From the NCBI GenBank assembly GCA_964016885.1, contig OZ024742.1, positions 370,884,001-370,948,000 of the forward strand: 64,000 nucleotides of DNA, given 5' to 3'. Positions 23,960 to 37,926 of the stretch are shown in pieces. The notes beneath the pieces are model-generated. The model was not told the DNA's origin. It worked only from the letters and a program-made list of their open reading frames with translations, and searched no databases. The stretch's first letter is position 1; each line of letters begins with the position of its first letter. Source of the DNA: Eledone cirrhosa. Lineage: Eukaryota. Made by a program: the position numbers and the translations under genes.

Positions 23960-26900
23960 TGTCACCTTAGCTGAGCAATGAAAACACGCCTCTGGCCTTC
24001 AGCAGTGTGTTAGAAAGTGTCACCTTAGCTGAACAATGAAAACACACATCTGGCCTTCAGCAGTGTGTTAGACAGTGTCACCTTAGCTGAGCAATGAAAA
24101 CACACATCTGGCCTTCAGCAGTGTGTTAGACAGTGTCACCTTAGCTGAGCAATGAAAACACACCTCTGGCCTTCAGCATTGTGCTAGACAGTGTCACCTT
24201 AGCTGAACAATGAAAACACACATATGGCCTTCAGCAGTGTGTTAGACAGTGTCACCTTAGCTGAGCAATGAAAACACACATATGGCCTTCAGCAGTATGT
24301 TAGACTGTGTCACCTTAGTTGAGCAATGAAAGCACGCTTCTGGCCTTCAGCAATGTGTTAGACAGTGTCACCTTAGCTGAGCAATGAAAACACACATCTG
24401 GCCTTAAGCAGTGTGTTAGACAGTGTCACCTTAGCTGATCAATGAAAACACGCCACTGGCCTTCAGCAGTGTGTTAGACAGTGTCACCTTAGCTGACAAT
24501 GAAAACAAACCTCTGGCCTTCAGCAGTGTGTTAGAGAGTGTCACCTTAGCTGAGCAATAGAAGCACACATATGGCCTTCAGCAGTGTGTTAGACAGTGTC
24601 ACCTTAGCTGAGAAATGAAAACACACAACTGGCCTTCAGCAGTGTATTAGACAGTGTCACCTTAGCTGAGCAATGACAACACACCTCTGGCCTTCAGCAG
24701 TGTGTTAGACAGTGTCACCTTAGCTGAGCAATGAAAACACACATCTGGCCTTCAGCAGTGTGTTAGACAGTGTCACCTGAGCTGAGCAATGAAAACACAC
24801 ATCTGGTCTTCAGCAGTGTGTTAGACAGTGTCACCTTAGCTGAGCAATGAAAACACACATCTGGCCTTCAGCCGTATGCTAGGCAGTGTCACCTTAGCTG
24901 AGCAATGAAAACACACATCTGGCCTTCAGCAGTGTGTTAGACAGTGTCTCCTGAGCTGAGCAATGAAAACACACATCTGGTCTTCAGCAGTTTGCTAGAC
25001 AGTGTCACCTTAGCTGAGCAATGAAAACACACCTCTGGCCTTCAGCAGTGTGTTAGACAGTGTCCCCTTAGCTGAGCAATGAAAACACACCTCTGGCCTT
25101 CAGCAGTTTGCTAGACAGTGTCACCTTAGCTGAGCAATGAAAACACACATCTGGCCTTCAGCAGTGTGTTAGACAGTGTCACCTTAGCTGAGCAATGAAA
25201 ACATACCTCTGGTCTTCAGCAGTGTGTTAGACAGTGTCACCTTAGCTGAGCAATGAAAACACGCCTCTGGCCTTCAGCCGTGTGTTAGACAGTGTCACCT
25301 TAGCTGAGCAATGAAAACACGCCTCTGGCCTTCAGCCGTGTGTTAGACAGTGTCACCTTAGCTGAGCAATGAAAAGACACCTCTGGGCTTCAGCAGTGTG
25401 TTAGACAGTGTCACCTTAGCTGAGCAATGAAAAAACACCTCTGGCCTTCAGCAGTGTGTTAGACAGCGTCACCTTAGCTGAGCAATGAAAACACACATAT
25501 GGCCTTCAGCAGTGTGTTAGACAGTGTCACCTTAGCTGAGCAATGAAAACACACATATGGCCTTCAGCAGTGTGTTAGACAGTGTCACCTTAGCTGAGCA
25601 ATGAAAACACACATATGGCCTTCAGCAGTGTGTTAGACAGTTTCACCTTAGCTGAGCAATGAAAACACACATATGGCCTTCAGCAGTATGTTAGACAGTG
25701 TCACCTTAGCTGAGCAATGAAAACACGCCTCTGGCCTTCAGCAGTGTGTTAGAAAGTGTCACCTTAGCTGAACAATGAAAACACACATCTGGCCTTCAGC
25801 AGTGTGTTAGACAGTGTCACCTTAGCTGAGCAATGAAAACACACATCTGGCCTTCAGCAGTGTGTTAGACAGTGTCACCTTAGCTGAGCAATGAAAACAC
25901 GCCTCTGGCCTTCAGCTGTGCGTTAGACAGTGTCACCTTAGCTGAGCAATGAAAACACACATCTGGCCTTCAGCAGTGTGTTAGACAGTGTCACCTTAGC
26001 TGAGCAATGAAAACACACATCTGGCCTTCAGCAGTGTGTTGGACAGTGTCACCTTAGCTGAGCAATGAAAACACACATCTGGTCTTCAGCAGTGTGTTAG
26101 ACAGTGTCACCTTAGCTGAGCAATGAAAACACACATCTGGCCTTCAGCAGTGTGTTAGACAGCGTCACCTTAGATGAGCTATGAAAACACACATCTGGCC
26201 TTCAGCAGTGTGTTAGACAGGGTCACCTTAGCTGAGCAATGAAAACACACATATGGCCTTCAGCAGTGTGTTAGACAGTGTCACCTTAGCTTAGCAATGA
26301 AAACACACCTCTGGTCTTCAGCAGTGTGTTAGACAGTGTCAACTTAGCTGAGCAATGAAAACACGCCTCTGGCCTTCAGCAGTGTGTTAGACAGTGTCAC
26401 CTTAGCTGAGCAATGAAAACACGCCTCTGGCCTTCAGCAGTGTGTTAGACAGTGTCACCTTAGCTGAGCAATGAAAACACGCCTCTGGCCTTCAGCAGTG
26501 TGTTAGACAGTGTCACCTTAGCTGAGCAATGAAAACACACCTCTGGTCTTCAGCAGTGTGTTAGACAGTGTCAACTTAGCTGAGCAATGAAAACACGCCT
26601 CTGGCCTTCAGCAGTGTGTTAGACAGTGTCACCTTAGCTGAGCAATGAAAACACGCCTCTGGCCTTCAGCAGTGTGTTAGAAAGTGTCACCTTAGCTGAA
26701 CAATGAAAACACACATCTGGCCTTCAGCAGTGTGTTAGACAGTGTCACCTTAGCTGAGCAATAAAAACACACATCTGGCCTTCAGCAGTGTGTTAGACAG
26801 TGTCACCTTAGCTGAGCAATGAAAACACACCTCTGGCCTTCAGCATTGTGCTAGACAGTGTCACCTTAGCTGAACAATGAAAACACACATATGGCCTTCA

Positions 26901-29522
26901 GCAGTGTGTTAGACAGTGTCACCTTAGCTGAGCAATGAAAACACACATATGGCCTTCAGCAGTATGTTAGACTGTGTCACCTTAGTTGAGCAATGAAAGC
27001 ACGCTTCTGGCCTTCAGCAATGTGTTAGACAGTGTCACCTTAGCTGAGCAATGAAAACACACATCTGGCCTTAAGCAGTGTGTTAGACAGTGTCACCTTA
27101 GCTGATCAATGAAAACACGCCACTGGCCTTCAGCAGTGTGTTAGACAGTGTCACCTTAGCTGACAATGAAAACAAACCTCTGGCCTTCAGCAGTGTGTTA
27201 GAGAGTGTCACCTTAGCTGAGCAATAGAAGCACACATATGGCCTTCAGCAGTGTGTTAGACAGTGTCACCTTAGCTGAGAAATGAAAACACACAACTGGC
27301 CTTCAGCAGTGTATTAGACAGTGTCACCTTAGCTGAGCAATGACAACACACCTCTGGCCTTCAGCAGTGTGTTAGACAGTGTCACCTTAGCTGAGCAATG
27401 AAAACACACATCTGGCCTTCAGCAGTGTGTTAGACAGTGTCACCTGAGCTGAGCAATGAAAACACACCTCTGGCCTTCAGCATTGTGCTAGACAGTGTCA
27501 CCTTAGCTGAGCAATGACAACACACCTCTAGCCTTCAGCAGTTTGCTAGACATTGTCAGCTTAGCTGAACAATGAAAACACACATCTGGCCTTCAGCAGT
27601 GTGTTAGACAGTGTCACCTTAGCTGAGCAATGAAAACACACATCTGGTCTTCAGCAGTGTGTTAGACAGTGTCACCTTAGCTGAGCAATGAAAACACACA
27701 TCTGGCCTTCAGCCGTATGCTAGGCAGTGTCACCTTAGCTGAGCAATGAAAACACACATCTGGCCTTCAGCAGTGTGTTAGACAGTGTCTCCTGAGCTGA
27801 GCAATGAAAACACACATCTGGTCTTCAGCAGTTTGCTAGACAGTGTCACCTTAGCTGAGCAATGAAAACACACCTCTGGCCTTCAGCAGTGTGTTAGACA
27901 GTGTCCCCTTAGCTGAGCAATGAAAACACACCTCTGGCCTTCAGCAGTTTGCTAGACAGTGTCACCTTAGCTGAGCAATGAAAACACACATCTGGCCTTC
28001 AGCAGTGTGTTAGACAGTGTCACCTTAGCTGAGCAATGAAAACATACCTCTGGTCTTCAGCAGTGTGTTAGACAGTGTCACCTTAGCTGAGCAATGAAAA
28101 CACGCCTCTGGCCTTCAGCCGTGTGTTAGACAGTGTCACCTTAGCTGAGCAATGAAAACACGCCTCTGGCCTTCAGCCGTGTGTTAGACAGTGTCACCTT
28201 AGCTGAGCAATGAAAAGACACCTCTGGGCTTCAGCAGTGTGTTAGACAGTGTCACCTTAGCTGAGCAATGAAAAAACACCTCTGGCCTTCAGCAGTGTGT
28301 TAGACAGCGTCACCTTAGCTGAGCAATGAAAACACACATATGGCCTTCAGCAGTGTGTTAGACAGTGTCACCTTAGCTGAGCAATGAAAACACACATATG
28401 GCCTTCAGCAGTGTGTTAGACAGTGTCACCTTAGCTGAGCAATGAAAACACACATATGGCCTTCAGCAGTGTGTTAGACAGTTTCACCTTAGCTGAGCAA
28501 TGAAAACACACATATGGCCTTCAGCAGTATGTTAGACAGTGTCACCTTAGCTGAGCAATGAAAACACGCCTCTGGCCTTCAGCAGTGTGTTAGAAAGTGT
28601 CACCTTAGCTGAACAATGAAAACACACATCTGGCCTTCAGCAGTGTGTTAGACAGTGTCACCTTAGCTGAGCAATGAAAACACACATCTGGCCTTCAGCA
28701 GTGTGTTAGACAGTGTCACCTTAGCTGAGCAATGAAAACACGCCTCTGGCCTTCAGCTGTGCGTTAGACAGTGTCACCTTAGCTGAGCAATGAAAACACA
28801 CATCTGGCCTTCAGCAGTGTGTTAGACAGTGTCACCTTAGCTGAGCAATGAAAACACACATCTGGCCTTCAGCAGTGTGTTGGACAGTGTCACCTTAGCT
28901 GAGCAATGAAAACACACATCTGGTCTTCAGCAGTGTGTTAGACAGTGTCACCTTAGCTGAGCAATGAAAACACACATCTGGCCTTCAGCAGTGTGTTAGA
29001 CAGCGTCACCTTAGATGAGCTATGAAAACACACATCTGGCCTTCAGCAGTGTGTTAGACAGGGTCACCTTAGCTGAGCAATGAAAACACACATATGGCCT
29101 TCAGCAGTGTGTTAGACAGTGTCACCTTAGCTTAGCAATGAAAACACACCTCTGGTCTTCAGCAGTGTGTTAGACAGTGTCAACTTAGCTGAGCAATGAA
29201 AACACGCCTCTGGCCTTCAGCAGTGTGTTAGACAGTGTCACCTTAGCTGAGCAATGAAAACACGCCTCTGGCCTTCAGCAGTGTGTTAGACAGTGTCACC
29301 TTAGCTGAGCAATGAAAACACGCCTCTGGCCTTCAGCAGTGTGTTAGACAGTGTCACCTTAGCTGAGCAATGAAAACACACCTCTGGTCTTCAGCAGTGT
29401 GTTAGACAGTGTCAACTTAGCTGAGCAATGAAAACACGCCTCTGGCCTTCAGCAGTGTGTTAGACAGTGTCACCTTAGCTGAGCAATGAAAACACGCCTC
29501 TGGCCTTCAGCAGTGTGTTAGA
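23960..29522 (+). repeat. Tandem duplication of a 46/49-monomer block; the copies differ by a 3-monomer indel
   Basis: CACCTTAGTTGAG at 24311/26978 (offset 2,667 = 46 x 58 - 1); TAGATGAGCTATG at 26171/29012 (2,841 = 49 x 58 - 1). Confidence 0.85.
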
Positions 29523-32500
29523 CTGTGTCACCTTAGCTGAGCAATGAAAACACACATCTGGCCTTCAGCAGTGTGTTAGACAATGTCACCTTAGCTGAGC
29601 AATGAAAACACACATCTGGCCTTCAGCAGTGTGTTAGACAGTGTCACCTTAGCTGAGCAATGAAAACGAGCCTCTGGCCTTCAGCAGTGTGTTAGACAGT
29701 GTCACCTTAGCTGAGCAATGAAAACACACATCTGGCCTTCAGCAGTGTGTTAGACAGTGTCACATTAGCTGAGCAATGAAAACACACATCTGGCCTTCAG
29801 CAGTGTGTTAGACAGTGTCACCTTAGCTGAGCAATGAAAACACGCCTCTGGCCTTCAGCAGTGTGTTAGACAGTGTCACCTTAGCTGAGCAATGAAAACT
29901 CACATCTGGCCTTCAGCAGTGTGTTAGACAGTGTCACCTTAGCTGAGCAATGAAAACGCACCTCTGGGCATCAGCAGTGTGTTAGACAGTGTCACCTTAG
30001 CTGAGCAATGAAAAAACACCTCTGGCCTTCAGCAGTGTGTTAGACAGTGTCACCTTAGCTGAGCAATGAAAACACACCTCTTGGCTTCAGCAGTGTGTTA
30101 GACAGTGTCACCTTAGCTGAGCAATGAAAACACACATCTGGTCTTCAGCAGTGTGTTAGACAGTGTCACCTGAGCTGAGCAATGAAAACACACATATGGC
30201 CTTGAGCTGTGTGTTAGACAGTGTCACCTTAGCTGGGCAATGAAAACACACATCTGATCTTCAGCAGTGTGTTAGACAGTGTCACCTTAGCTGAGCAATG
30301 AAAACATGCCTCTGGCCTTCAGCTGTGTGTTAGACAGTGTCACCTTAGCTGAGCAATGAAAACACACATCTGGCCTTCAGCAGTGTGTTAGACAGTGTCA
30401 CCTTAGCTGAGCAATGAAAACACACATCTGGCCTTCAGCAGTGTGTTAGACAGTGTCACCTTAGCTGAGCAATGAAAACACACATCTGGCCTTCAGCAGT
30501 GTGTTAGACAGTGTCACCTTAGCTGAGCAATGAAAACACACATCTGGCCTTCAGCAGTGTGTTAGACAGTGTCACCTTAGCTGATCAATGAAAACACACA
30601 TATGGCCTTCAGCAGTATGTTAGACAGTGTCACCTTAGCTGACCAATGAAAACACGCCTCTGGCCTTCAGCAGTGTGTTAGACAGTGTCACCTTAGCTGA
30701 GCAATGAAAACACACATATGGCCTTCAGCAGTGTGTTAGACAGTGTCACCTTAGCTGAGCAATGAAAACACACATATGGCCTTCAGCAGTATGTTAGACA
30801 GTGTCACCTTAGCTGAGCAATGAAAACACGCCTCTGGCCTTCAGCAGTGTGTTAGAAAGTGTCACCTTAGCTGAACAATGAAAACACACATCTGGCCTTC
30901 AGCAGTGTGTTAGACAGTGTCACCTTAGCTGAGCAATGAAAACACACATCTGGCCTTCAGCAGTGTGTTAGACAGTGTCACCTTAGCTGAGCAATGAAAA
31001 CACGCCTCTGGCCTTCAGCTGTGCGTTAGACAGTGTCACCTTAGCTGAGCAATGAAAACACACATCTGGCCTTCAGCAGTGTGTTAGACAGTGTCACCTT
31101 AGCTGAGCAATGAAAACACACATCTGGCCTTCAGCAGTGTGTTGGACAGTGTCACCTTAGCTGAGCAATGAAAACACACATCTGGTCTTCAGCAGTGTGT
31201 TAGACAGTGTCACCTTAGCTGAGCAATGAAAACACACATCTGGCCTTCAGCAGTGTGTTAGACAGCGTCACCTTAGATGAGCTATGAAAACACACATCTG
31301 GCCTTCAGCAGTGTGTTAGACAGGGTCACCTTAGCTGAGCAATGAAAACACACATATGGCCTTCAGCAGTGTGTTAGACAGTGTCACCTTAGCTTAGCAA
31401 TGAAAACACACCTCTGGTCTTCAGCAGTGTGTTAGACAGTGTCAACTTAGCTGAGCAATGAAAACACGCCTCTGGCCTTCAGCAGTGTGTTAGACAGTGT
31501 CACCTTAGCTGAGCAATGAAAACACGCCTCTGGCCTTCAGCAGTGTGTTAGACAGTGTCACCTTAGCTGAGCAATGAAAACACGCCTCTGGCCTTCAGCA
31601 GTGTGTTAGACAGTGTCACCTTAGCTGAGCAATGAAAACACACCTCTGGTCTTCAGCAGTGTGTTAGACAGTGTCAACTTAGCTGAGCAATGAAAACACG
31701 CCTCTGGCCTTCAGCAGTGTGTTAGACAGTGTCACCTTAGCTGAGCAATGAAAACACGCCTCTGGCCTTCAGCAGTGTGTTAGAAAGTGTCACCTTAGCT
31801 GAACAATGAAAACACACATCTGGCCTTCAGCAGTGTGTTAGACAGTGTCACCTTAGCTGAGCAATAAAAACACACATCTGGCCTTCAGCAGTGTGTTAGA
31901 CAGTGTCACCTTAGCTGAGCAATGAAAACACACCTCTGGCCTTCAGCATTGTGCTAGACAGTGTCACCTTAGCTGAACAATGAAAACACACATATGGCCT
32001 TCAGCAGTGTGTTAGACAGTGTCACCTTAGCTGAGCAATGAAAACACACATATGGCCTTCAGCAGTATGTTAGACTGTGTCACCTTAGTTGAGCAATGAA
32101 AGCACGCTTCTGGCCTTCAGCAATGTGTTAGACAGTGTCACCTTAGCTGAGCAATGAAAACACACATCTGGCCTTAAGCAGTGTGTTAGACAGTGTCACC
32201 TTAGCTGATCAATGAAAACACGCCACTGGCCTTCAGCAGTGTGTTAGACAGTGTCACCTTAGCTGACAATGAAAACAAACCTCTGGCCTTCAGCAGTGTG
32301 TTAGAGAGTGTCACCTTAGCTGAGCAATAGAAGCACACATATGGCCTTCAGCAGTGTGTTAGACAGTGTCACCTTAGCTGAGAAATGAAAACACACAACT
32401 GGCCTTCAGCAGTGTATTAGACAGTGTCACCTTAGCTGAGCAATGACAACACACCTCTGGCCTTCAGCAGTGTGTTAGACAGTGTCACCTTAGCTGAGCA

Positions 32501-35500
32501 ATGAAAACACACATCTGGCCTTCAGCAGTGTGTTAGACAGTGTCACCTGAGCTGAGCAATGAAAACACACCTCTGGCCTTCAGCATTGTGCTAGACAGTG
32601 TCACCTTAGCTGAGCAATGACAACACACCTCTAGCCTTCAGCAGTTTGCTAGACATTGTCAGCTTAGCTGAACAATGAAAACACACATCTGGCCTTCAGC
32701 AGTGTGTTAGACAGTGTCACCTTAGCTGAGCAATGAAAACACACATCTGGTCTTCAGCAGTGTGTTAGACAGTGTCACCTTAGCTGAGCAATGAAAACAC
32801 ACATCTGGCCTTCAGCCGTATGCTAGGCAGTGTCACCTTAGCTGAGCAATGAAAACACACATCTGGCCTTCAGCAGTGTGTTAGACAGTGTCTCCTGAGC
32901 TGAGCAATGAAAACACACATCTGGTCTTCAGCAGTTTGCTAGACAGTGTCACCTTAGCTGAGCAATGAAAACACACCTCTGGCCTTCAGCAGTGTGTTAG
33001 ACAGTGTCCCCTTAGCTGAGCAATGAAAACACACCTCTGGCCTTCAGCAGTTTGCTAGACAGTGTCACCTTAGCTGAGCAATGAAAACACACATCTGGCC
33101 TTCAGCAGTGTGTTAGACAGTGTCACCTTAGCTGAGCAATGAAAACATACCTCTGGTCTTCAGCAGTGTGTTAGACAGTGTCACCTTAGCTGAGCAATGA
33201 AAACACGCCTCTGGCCTTCAGCCGTGTGTTAGACAGTGTCACCTTAGCTGAGCAATGAAAACACGCCTCTGGCCTTCAGCCGTGTGTTAGACAGTGTCAC
33301 CTTAGCTGAGCAATGAAAAGACACCTCTGGGCTTCAGCAGTGTGTTAGACAGTGTCACCTTAGCTGAGCAATGAAAAAACACCTCTGGCCTTCAGCAGTG
33401 TGTTAGACAGCGTCACCTTAGCTGAGCAATGAAAACACACATATGGCCTTCAGCAGTGTGTTAGACAGTGTCACCTTAGCTGAGCAATGAAAACACACAT
33501 ATGGCCTTCAGCAGTGTGTTAGACAGTGTCACCTTAGCTGAGCAATGAAAACACACATATGGCCTTCAGCAGTGTGTTAGACAGTTTCACCTTAGCTGAG
33601 CAATGAAAACACACATATGGCCTTCAGCAGTATGTTAGACAGTGTCACCTTAGCTGAGCAATGAAAACACGCCTCTGGCCTTCAGCAGTGTGTTAGAAAG
33701 TGTCACCTTAGCTGAACAATGAAAACACACATCTGGCCTTCAGCAGTGTGTTAGACAGTGTCACCTTAGCTGAGCAATGAAAACACACATCTGGCCTTCA
33801 GCAGTGTGTTAGACAGTGTCACCTTAGCTGAGCAATGAAAACACGCCTCTGGCCTTCAGCTGTGCGTTAGACAGTGTCACCTTAGCTGAGCAATGAAAAC
33901 ACACATCTGGCCTTCAGCAGTGTGTTAGACAGTGTCACCTTAGCTGAGCAATGAAAACACACATCTGGCCTTCAGCAGTGTGTTGGACAGTGTCACCTTA
34001 GCTGAGCAATGAAAACACACATCTGGTCTTCAGCAGTGTGTTAGACAGTGTCACCTTAGCTGAGCAATGAAAACACACATCTGGCCTTCAGCAGTGTGTT
34101 AGACAGCGTCACCTTAGATGAGCTATGAAAACACACATCTGGCCTTCAGCAGTGTGTTAGACAGGGTCACCTTAGCTGAGCAATGAAAACACACATATGG
34201 CCTTCAGCAGTGTGTTAGACAGTGTCACCTTAGCTTAGCAATGAAAACACACCTCTGGTCTTCAGCAGTGTGTTAGACAGTGTCAACTTAGCTGAGCAAT
34301 GAAAACACGCCTCTGGCCTTCAGCAGTGTGTTAGACAGTGTCACCTTAGCTGAGCAATGAAAACACGCCTCTGGCCTTCAGCAGTGTGTTAGACAGTGTC
34401 ACCTTAGCTGAGCAATGAAAACACGCCTCTGGCCTTCAGCAGTGTGTTAGACAGTGTCACCTTAGCTGAGCAATGAAAACACACCTCTGGTCTTCAGCAG
34501 TGTGTTAGACAGTGTCAACTTAGCTGAGCAATGAAAACACGCCTCTGGCCTTCAGCAGTGTGTTAGACAGTGTCACCTTAGCTGAGCAATGAAAACACGC
34601 CTCTGGCCTTCAGCAGTGTGTTAGACTGTGTCACCTTAGCTGAGCAATGAAAACACACATCTGGCCTTCAGCAGTGTGTTAGACAATGTCACCTTAGCTG
34701 AGCAATGAAAACACACATCTGGCCTTCAGCAGTGTGTTAGACAGTGTCACCTTAGCTGAGCAATGAAAACGAGCCTCTGGCCTTCAGCAGTGTGTTAGAC
34801 AGTGTCACCTTAGCTGAGCAATGAAAACACACATCTGGCCTTCAGCAGTGTGTTAGACAGTGTCACATTAGCTGAGCAATGAAAACACACATCTGGCCTT
34901 CAGCAGTGTGTTAGACAGTGTCACCTTAGCTGAGCAATGAAAACACGCCTCTGGCCTTCAGCAGTGTGTTAGACAGTGTCACCTTAGCTGAGCAATGAAA
35001 ACTCACATCTGGCCTTCAGCAGTGTGTTAGACAGTGTCACCTTAGCTGAGCAATGAAAACGCACCTCTGGGCATCAGCAGTGTGTTAGACAGTGTCACCT
35101 TAGCTGAGCAATGAAAAAACACCTCTGGCCTTCAGCAGTGTGTTAGACAGTGTCACCTTAGCTGAGCAATGAAAACACACCTCTGGGCTTCAGCAGTGTG
35201 TTAGACAGTGTCACCTTAGCTGAGCAATGAAAACACACATCTGGTCTTCAGCAGTGTGTTAGACAGTGTCACCTGAGCTGAGCAATGAAAACACACATAT
35301 GGCCTTGAGCTGTGTGTTAGACAGTGTCACCTTAGCTGGGCAATGAAAACACACATCTGATCTTCAGCAGTGTGTTAGACAGTGTCACCTTAGCTGAGCA
35401 ATGAAAACATGCCTCTGGCCTTCAGCTGTGTGTTAGACAGTGTCACCTTAGCTGAGCAATGAAAACACACATCTGGCCTTCAGCAGTGTGTTAGACAGTG

Positions 35501-35878
35501 TCACCTTAGCTGAGCAATGAAAACACACATCTGGCCTTCAGCAGTGTGTTAGACAGTGTCACCTTAGCTGAGCAATGAAAACACACATCTGGCCTTCAGC
35601 AGTGTGTTAGACAGTGTCACCTTAGCTGAGCAATGAAAACACACATCTGGCCTTCAGCAGTGTGTTAGACAGTGTCACCTTAGCTGATCAATGAAAACAC
35701 ACATATGGCCTTCAGCAGTATGTTAGACAGTGTCACCTTAGCTGACCAATGAAAACACGCCTCTGGCCTTCAGCAGTGTGTTAGACAGTGTCACCTTAGC
35801 TGAGCAATGAAAACACACATATGGCCTTCAGCAGTGTGTTAGACAGTGTCACCTTAGCTGAGCAATGAAAACACACAT
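25643..35878 (+). repeat. Near-perfect tandem duplication of an 88-monomer (5,103-bp) block
   Basis: TAGATGAGCTATG at 26171/31274 and 29012/34115, and CACCTTAGTT at 26978/32081, are all offset by 5,103 (88 x 58 - 1). I noticed one difference (T30082 vs G35185). Confidence 0.92.
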
Positions 35879-37730
35879 CTGGCCTTCAGCAGTGTATTAG
35901 ACAGTGTCACCTTAGCTGAGCAATGAAAACACACATATGGCCTTCAGCAGTGTGTTAGACAGTGTCAACTTAGCTGAGCAATGAAAACAAACATATGGCC
36001 TTCAGCAGTATGTTAGACAGTGTCCCCTTAGCTGAGCAATGAAAACACGCCTCTGGCCTTCAGCAGTGTGTTAGACAGTGTCACCTTAGCTGAGCAATGA
36101 AAACACACATCTGGCCTTCAGCAGTGTGTTAGACAGTGTCACCTTAGCTTAGCAATGAAAACACACATCTGGCCTTCAGCAGTGTGTTAGACAGTGTCAC
36201 CTTAGCTGAGCAATGAAAACACACATCTGGCCTTCAGCAGTGTGTTAGACAGTGTCACCTTAGCTGAGCAATGAAAACACGCCTCTGGCCTTCAGCAGTG
36301 TGTTAGACAGTGTCACCTTAGCTGAGCAATGAAAACACGCCTCTGGCCTTCAGCAGTGTGTTAGACAGTGTCACCTTAGCTGAGCAATGAAAACACACCT
36401 CTGGTCTTCAGCAGTGTGTTAGACAGTGTCAACTTAGCTGAGCAATGAAAACACGCCTCTGGCCTTCAGCAGTGTGTTAGACAGTGTCACCTTAGCTGAG
36501 CAATGAAAACACGCCTCTGGCCTTCAGCAGTGTGTTAGACTGTGTCACCTTAGCTGAGCAATGAAAACACACATCTGGCCTTCAGCAGTGTGTTAGACAA
36601 TGTCACCTTAGCTGAGCAATGAAAACACACATCTGGCCTTCAGCAGTGTGTTAGACAGTGTCACCTTAGCTGAGCAATGAAAACGAGCCTCTGGCCTTCA
36701 GCAGTGTGTTAGACAGTGTCACCTTAGCTGAGCAATGAAAACACACATCTGGCCTTCAGCAGTGTGTTAGACAGTGTCACATTAGCTGGGCAATGAAAAC
36801 ACACATCTGATCTTCAGCAGTGTGTTAGACAGTGTCACCTTAGCTGAGCAATGAAAACACGCCTCTGGCCTTCAGCTGTGTGTTAGACAGTGTCACCTTA
36901 GCTGAGCAATGAAAACACACATCTGGCCTTCAGCAGTGTGTTAGACAGTGTCACCTTAGCTGAGCAATGAAAACACACATCTGGCCTTCAGCAGTGTGTT
37001 AGACAGTGTCACCTTAGCTGAGCAATGAAAACACACATCTGGCCTTCAGCAGTGTGTTAAACAGTGTCACCTTAGCTGAGCAATGAAAACACACATCTGG
37101 CCTTCAGCAGTGTGTTAGACAGTGTCACCTTAGCTGATCAATGAAAACACACATATGGCCTTCAGCAGTATGTTAGACAGTGTCACCTTAGCTGACCAAT
37201 GAAAACACGCCTCTGGCCTTCAGCAGTGTGTTAGACAGTGTCACCTTAGCTGAGCAATGAAAACACACATATGGCCTTCAGCAGTGTGTTAGACAGTGTC
37301 ACCTTAGCTGAGCAATGAAAACACACATCTGGCCTTCAGCAGTGTATTAGACAGTGTCACCTTAGCTGAGCAATGAAAACACACATATGGCCTTCAGCAG
37401 TGTGTTAGACAGTGTCAACTTAGCTGAGCAATGAAAACAAACATATGGCCTTCAGCAGTATGTTAGACAGTGTCCCCTTAGCTGAGCAATGAAAACACGC
37501 CTCTGGCCTTCAGCAGTGTGTTAGACAGTGTCACCTTAGCTGAGCAATGAAAACACACATCTGGCCTTCAGCAGTGTGTTAGACAGTGTCACCTTAGCTT
37601 AGCAATGAAAACACACATCTGGCCTTCAGCAGTGTGTTAGACAGTGTCACCTTAGCTGAGCAATGAAAACACACATCTGGCCTTCAGCAGTGTGTTAGAC
37701 AGTGTCACCTTAGCTGAGCAATGAAAACAC
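34350..37730 (+). repeat. Duplication of about 33 monomers; the second copy is 8 monomers shorter
   Basis: GAGCCTCTGG at 34771/36685 (offset 1,914 = 33 x 58). Downstream markers TAGCTGGG...CTGATC (near 35333/36783) and AAACAAACATATGG (near 35985/37435) are offset by 1,450 (25 x 58). Confidence 0.8.
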
Positions 37731-37926
37731 ACATATGGCCTTCAGCAGTATGTTAGACAGTGTCACCTTAGCTGAGCAATGAAAACACGCCTCTGGCCTT
37801 CAGCAGTGTGTTAGACAGTGTCACCTTAGCTGAGCAATGAAAACACACATCTGGCCTTCAGCAGTGTGTTAGACAGTGTCACCTTAGCTGAGCAATGAAA
37901 ACACACATCTGGCCTTCAGCAGTGTT

